Assembly: GCA_036172245.1 (NCBI GenBank)
Contig: JAYWIR010000022.1
Coordinates: 3,162,001-3,222,723 of the forward strand
Direction of reading: 5' to 3'
From: Raillietiella orientalis
Lineage: Eukaryota
Length of the DNA stretch: 60,723 nucleotides
Both the position numbers and the translations under genes were made by a program. Position 1 is the first letter of the stretch, and each line of letters begins with the position of its first letter. Of this stretch, positions 55,631 through 60,723 are shown piece by piece. Below the pieces are notes generated by a model. It worked only from the letters and a program-made list of their open reading frames with translations. It did not search any database and was not told where the DNA came from.

Positions 55631-55699
55631 AGTTTTCAACTAGCAATAATCACGGCTCAGTCGCCTTCCTCGCCTATGATACTGCCCGTGCGCAAGGCT
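55631..55699 (-). pseudogene. U4 snRNA 5' fragment (second copy)
   Basis: Reverse complement AGCCTTGCGCACGGGCAGTATCATAG...GATTATTGCTAGTTGAAAACT is nearly identical to 33386-33454. Confidence 0.85.
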
Positions 55700-55740
55700 A
55701 TCAGGTGAAGATAAGTTGAGATTGAAGTAAGATTTGAACG

Positions 55741-55858
55741 GAGATTGAAGTCTCCCGCTATCAGGTGAGCCTTTCGCACGTTTGTGTCCGCCAGCCAGTT
55801 TCGTTTTAGGGTTTCCAGCAACCTGGTACGGTCGGGATAGCCCTTTTTCCCGCTGAGT
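55741..55858 (-). mobile_element. Short APE-domain fragment ending at the GDFN motif
   Basis: Reads RLLETLKRNWLADTNVRKAHLIAGDFNL, paralleling FFGEVQSHWLNNSGPQVPHLVAGDF at 50975-51050. Confidence 0.7.
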
Positions 55859-57706
55859 TCACACCCGGATGTGCCGGGGCATTTATTTCATGGAAATAAA
55901 AATACATTAAAATGTCGCGTGGCGAACCCGAAGGTTCACCACTCCAAAACAGCTTGCTGGTTGCCAGCTCTATGCTGGAGAGGTCCTTCCGATGCGCGGG
56001 GATGGGAAATAAAAAACAAAAAGAAACAAAAAGTTCAAATGTGTGGGGAGGGGAAAGCAAATGCTATAGGGGTGGGAGGGCGGGGAAAGGATCACTTTGC
56101 GCTTGGATAGGTCCTCTAGATCCTATTCAGGATCCGGACAAGCTGAGCCCTGTCTGCGCCTAAGTGGCGCCACTTGCAGACACTGCGCGCGAAAAGGCGA
56201 GTCCAGTGTAAGGCGTTGCCGGTTGGCTGACGCCTTCTTCTGGTGGCGTTCCAAGCCGCCACTATTCCTCGGATGCAGCAGAGGACTGCTACACTAGCGG
56301 GCGGGGACAAGGCGTCACGACAGAAGAGGCGCCTGATAACGTCCTTTGGGCCGCATCCGCGCAAGTCCAGGATTGCCGCGAGACGATCCCACAAAGGGCG
56401 GAGGGCGCTACACTCAAGAAGAAGGAGGAGGAATGTTTCCTTTTCCCCACACCGGTCGCAGTTAGGATCCACAGCCCCCCGGGTGGTGTGATGCAGGCGT
56501 GCTTTGAATGGTAATCCCCAGAGTACCACAAGGAACGCCACATCCTGCCATTTCAGGGGGAGGGAGCCACTGTTCCAGGACACTGGGAGCCACTTCATCT
56601 TCTCCGGAGATAGTCCGAGTAGCTCGACCCAGCGTCGAATTCCGTTGGGCGGGTCACTCGGCGTCGCAGCATTTGTTGGCTGCCGAGATGTCCACGCCTT
56701 TATCGTTTGTGTCCTGCCGCCTATGGTGCAGGACACTGTCCATTTCCCCTTCTCGCTACTGTCCCTGGCGTTCACAAGGAAGGGCAGCACTGAGGCAAGG
56801 GGGGTTATCAGAGCCCACAGAATCTGGTCGTAGGACTGCACCATTTCCTGCAGCGTCCAGCGGGCGTGCCTTTTCATACAAGTGTTCCTTGTGCCCGCCG
56901 GAACGTGGATCTTTTCCCAGGTGGAGACTGACTCGTGCAACCAGGCGGAGTAGTTCCCTGGGAGGCAGGACATCCAGGCGTTCTCCCGAACCGCAACGGC
57001 CATGCGTCGCAGGTGAGAGCCACAGTGCACTTCTGCCGACGAGCGCCAACAGAAACGACAAAGATCCGCCGGCTCGTTGGGCCAGGAGGCGTGCTGGGAT
57101 GCACCAGGGCGTGTCCCACAGTTCTGCCGCGAGGGCGAGAGTCCTAAACTGAAGTTGCATTTCCATGCGCTCCAGCGTAAGAGCGCCAAGTCCACCGTCC
57201 TTACGTGGAGCGCACAAGTCTTTGAGCCTCACACGGGACCTCCCTTTGCCCCAAAGGACTGTCCTCAGGAGGCCCACTGCTCGTTTTCGAATAAAATGAG
57301 GGGCGGGGCACACAAAAAGTAGAAGGCGAAGGAGGGGGCCGCAAACGCGTTCCACACCGCGGCCCGTTCCTGCAAGTAGAACTTGCCTTCTTGGAACGGA
57401 CCGATCGCCAAGGCTGCCTTTTGGAGACGTTCGGATCAGACTTTCGCTGCGCAGAAGTCCCCCAACGGTACGCTGAGATACTTGAAGCACCTGCTCGTGG
57501 GGATCCCCAAGCGGATCCAGTCCGACCGTCCAGCCCACGCCGAACCGACAAAGACCATGGACGACTTCGCCCTGTTCACCTCCAGGCCCGTCCCGCGGCG
57601 CAGCAACTCGAAGAAGTCCTCGAGTGCACTCGCCGGGGTGGACCCGGGAAGCAGCAGCAGAAGATCGTCTGCATAGGCCGACACGGCAGGCGTGCCGGCA
57701 CACGAG

Positions 57707-58590
57707 CTCGGCAGGGTTGCCAGAGATACCCTGTATGCTCTTAGCGCAGTAGATGCTGGAGACCGGAGTAGATGCTGCAGCTGTGCATGTATATGGCGCC
57801 CTTCTTGAGGTAGAGAAATTTGGCAAATGTGGTTTTGCCGTGTCCACCTTCGGGGTCGAAGAACCAGTATATTTTTCTGACGTCAGGGGTTGTTCTTATA
57901 AGTTTTAGTATGTCTATCTGCCATGTACGAAGTTGGAGTCCAGCCATGGGATTTGGATGTAATCGGCTTCTTGTTAATCGGAAGCATTCTTTGACGAAGT
58001 TTATGTTTTTGCTGTAGAACTTCGTATGGTTTTCCAGGATGTCAAGCTCTGTTGCTCCGTTTTTAATTTGCTGGAGAATCTGGAAGATATTGGAATTATT
58101 ATCATAATATATTATAATTACCATGTCCTGGTAGTCGGTCGTTTCTTTGTGTTGTTGTAATAGGCCGTATGTCCACGCTTCCTTATCTTCTTTTGTGCAG
58201 TACCGTAAGTTGCTTTCGGGTGATCCTTTTGCTCGTTCGAGATGTGCTTTGTCGAATGGCGGTCTTTTGAGGCTTGGCAAGGTTCGTGGATCGCGTAACT
58301 GGAAATAGCCTTGCAGGTGAGGTGTTCCAGTGGAAGCTGTTTCCTTGCCGATGACTGCATAGGTACATTGGCGTCTGCACCATTCTTTTATCTGTTGGAG
58401 TTCTTCTTCGATGTAATTGCATAGTGTGAAACACCAATAGAGAAAGTGTCCGTAGGGCATGATGTCTTCAGAAATTCTGTCGAGGTGAGACTGGTGTATG
58501 CCTCATTGTGTGGTGGTATATATACTTGGTAACTCGGCAGGGTTGCCAGAGATACCCTGTATGCTCTTAGCGCAGTAGATGCTGAAGACC
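57707..58590. repeat. 58-bp direct repeat of LINE sequence flanking the Rep insert
   Basis: 57707-57764 and 58533-58590: 52 bp identical (CTCGGCAGGGTTGCC...GTAGATGCTG), then one mismatch, then AGACC. Confidence 0.9.
57765..58460 (-). pseudogene. rep: CRESS-DNA-virus Rep (HUH endonuclease plus start of SF3 helicase), nanovirus/circovirus-like, 3'-truncated
   Basis: RCR motif I WCFTLCN, motif II PHLQGY, motif III YCTKE, Walker A IYWFFDPEGGHGKTT; the sequence breaks off before Walker B. Confidence 0.92.
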
Positions 58591-58878
58591 AAAGGGCTCA
58601 GGCTTTCACCCTGCCGTATGCCGCGGCGCACAGGCACACCGTACACTTGCCGGCCGCTGAAACCAATGTTGATTATCGCGTTGCGCCAGCAGGAGCGCAT
58701 GTAGGAATGGAGCACGGCCGGCAAACCCATGCGTTCCAAGAGCTCCAGAAGGAGTTCCCGATCTACGCAGTCGAACGCCTTGTGCTCTCTAGGGTGGACG
58801 CGTTTTCTCGGTGCTCCTCGTGCCAGGAAGTCTCCCCCAGTGCAAGCGTCGTGTGGTTCGGTGGTCGATCAGGCAGCG

Positions 58879-59916
58879 ATGCCTGACGCGACCACCAGGG
58901 ATGGCCAGGGGGCAGCGGCAACGCTGGCCCCAGAGGCGATGGAGAGCCAGGAGGCGGCGGCAACGTCGCCCCCGGAGGCGATGGAGGTGGGGGCATCCGG
59001 CCCCACAGAATCGGTCCCCGCTGCAGCGCGGGCGTGGAGCGCCGTTGTGTCGGCGCCATCACCTGCAGCCGCGGCGGAATTGTCGGCCTATGTAGAGGAG
59101 GGGTACAACCCCTCATTGTTCTACAAGGTAGGCAATTTATATTCTTTAGAGAGCGCGCGCGCCTTCTCGAAGGGCATGCGCGCTCTCGATGTAAAAGAGG
59201 AGGAGCTTAGCGCTATGACCATCCGCAGCGGGGGTCAGTACGTTGAGGTCATCTGCAAACAAGCAGAGCTGGCCCAACGACTGCTTAAAACCCCCGTTGT
59301 GATGGGGACGCGCAGGCTCCTCCCAACTACGGCGGACCGCAGCATGGTGGTCCACCTGTTAGGCGTGACCGCGCGAATGCGCAAAGAACAGGTTCGCGCC
59401 GCTTTGGAACAGTTTGGAAGGGTCCACGCGCAGTGGACGAAAGTTAGTCCTTTCGAGGACTACACGGGGCTGCAACACGGCCTCACTGCTGCGCGCGTGA
59501 CCGTTCGGGAGGGCTGCACTCTTCCCCACTAACTGGTGGTCGAAGGCGAAACCGTCGACCTCTGGTATGTGGGGAAGCCGAAATACTGTGGCTTCTGCAA
59601 TACGTCGGGCCACCTCAAAAAGAGGTGTCCCAATGTGCAGTGCCAAGTATGCGGCACAATGGGCCACACGAGGGAGGTGTGCTCAAAAGCAGCAGTGCGG
59701 GTGGTTTCCAAGAGAAACCTTAAAAAACGCGCCCGGCTTCTGCAGAAAAGGCTGGCGGCGAAAGCTGCCGCGAAGGCTGTGCCAATCGCGCCCAAGACCC
59801 AGGCCGCACCCGTGACCCCGGCGACCAACGCCGAAAAAGTTGAGGGAGACGCCCAGGAGACTGGGTGGCAAGTGGCAGCGGACAAAAAATCAAAGAAGGA
59901 GAGGAGGATGGAATAG
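58879..59916 (+). mobile_element. L1/Tx1-like ORF1 (Gag-like, two CCHC zinc knuckles) with an internal stop at 59530-59532
   Basis: CGFCNTSGHLKKRC and CQVCGTMGHTREVC; WSAVV motif; RRM-like VRAALEQFGRV. Confidence 0.85.
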
Positions 59917-60276
59917 AAAATCGCCTACCAACAGAAGAAGAAAGAGCAGGGTAGCGCGATAATTAAAAAGTGCAGCGTCGTTGTCGAACGCGTTCTCGAT
60001 GTTGCCGAACGCTGCCGGAAAGAACTCGCCGCTACCGACGACCTCCCCTCTGTTGACACAGTCAACAGTGAGGTGAGCGAGCCGGCGGCGGCGTACGTCA
60101 TCGACACCACCATCGATGACGTAGCCTTCGCGCGAGCCGCGGAGGAGCTGGCAGCCTCGTTCCAGCCAGCCCCCTCCGCGGCCAGTTGGAGGACGTGTTT
60201 TTCCTTCACTCCCCAAAGAGTAGTAGGAAAGCGCTTTTTCTTCTGTGTGGTGTTTTGTGTACATCGTCGGTGTCCA

Positions 60277-60723
60277 ATGGCCACAACGCCAGAGGACACC
60301 GCGATGGAGGTGGGAGTGGGGGAGGATAGTTCGCCCCCACAGCCTACTGGAGCAGGGGCAGCCGCCCCGGAATCATCCCCGGCCACGCCGAGGACATGGA
60401 GCGCCATGGTGGCCGCGCCCAGCGCAGAAGCCATGGCGGAGATGGCCGCATAAAAGGCCTCCGGGTACTAGCCATCGCTTGTCTACCAGGTAGGCAACTT
60501 GTTCGACGGCCGGACAGCGCGCGCCTTCAGCAAAGCGTTGAAGGACGCGAATGTTAATGAGAAGGATCTGGACGGCCTCTCCGTCCTCAGCGGCGGGCAG
60601 CGGGTCGAGGTGGTCTGCAAAGATGTCACCTTGGCTCACCGCCTTATCCATGCGCCGCTGAACGTAGACGGCCGCAAGATCCTGCCAGTATCTATGGACC
60701 GCTCCGTGGTGGTCCACATGACT
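60277..60723 (+). mobile_element. Second ORF1 copy (related subfamily, with stops), running off the window end
   Basis: TWSAMVAAPS...PSLVYQVGNL...SGGQRVEVVCK...DRSVVVH is colinear with 59030-59357. Confidence 0.8.

Larger units (their letters stand above)
55862..58782 (-). mobile_element. L1/Tx1-like element (RT to 3' hairpin) interrupted by a Rep insertion
   Basis: KAFDCV, GIRQGESLSP, AYADD, FKYL, DGGLG, zf-RVT; terminal motif at 55862-55887. Confidence 0.88.

Noticed and set aside
53023..55632. TTCAATCTCC as a viral 5' terminus forming a panhandle
   Set aside because: It is not complementary to the shared 3' 19-mer and it matches the LINE GDFNL codons, so a LINE origin is at least as likely.
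56756..57847. 363-aa ORF and similar long alternative-frame ORFs within LINE copies
   Set aside because: Shadow or frameshift-composite frames of GC-rich ORF2 sequence.
58461..58532. CRESS origin stem-loop upstream of Rep
   Set aside because: No TAGTATTAC-type nonanucleotide in a stem was found, only a TATA-like run. No capsid gene is present.

Overview
Eukaryotic (invertebrate-like, compact-intron) genomic DNA. Host genes: UMP-CMP kinase (+, 4.3-5.7 kb), cathepsin L (-, 9.4-11.3 kb), RPLP0 with an intronic U22-like snoRNA, TRAM1 only ~210 nt downstream of RPLP0 (operon-like), and a divergent BAF-like ORF (32.1-32.4 kb). Much of the rest is non-LTR retrotransposon material. It includes an L1/Tx1-like family (CCHC ORF1, APE, RT, zf-RVT) that ends in a conserved AATAAA plus GC hairpin with no poly(A) (8 copies), RLE-type LINEs and tRNA-headed SINEs. 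The most striking region is 46.8-58.8 kb. There, head-to-tail, same-strand L1/Tx1 fragments are fused to foreign nucleic acids: three mutually divergent putative RNA-virus nucleoprotein segments (possibly qinvirus-like), a U4 snRNA 5' fragment, and a CRESS-DNA-virus Rep with a probable intron. This suggests a retrotransposon-built archive of captured viral sequence. All family assignments come from motif recognition by eye, not from database searches.
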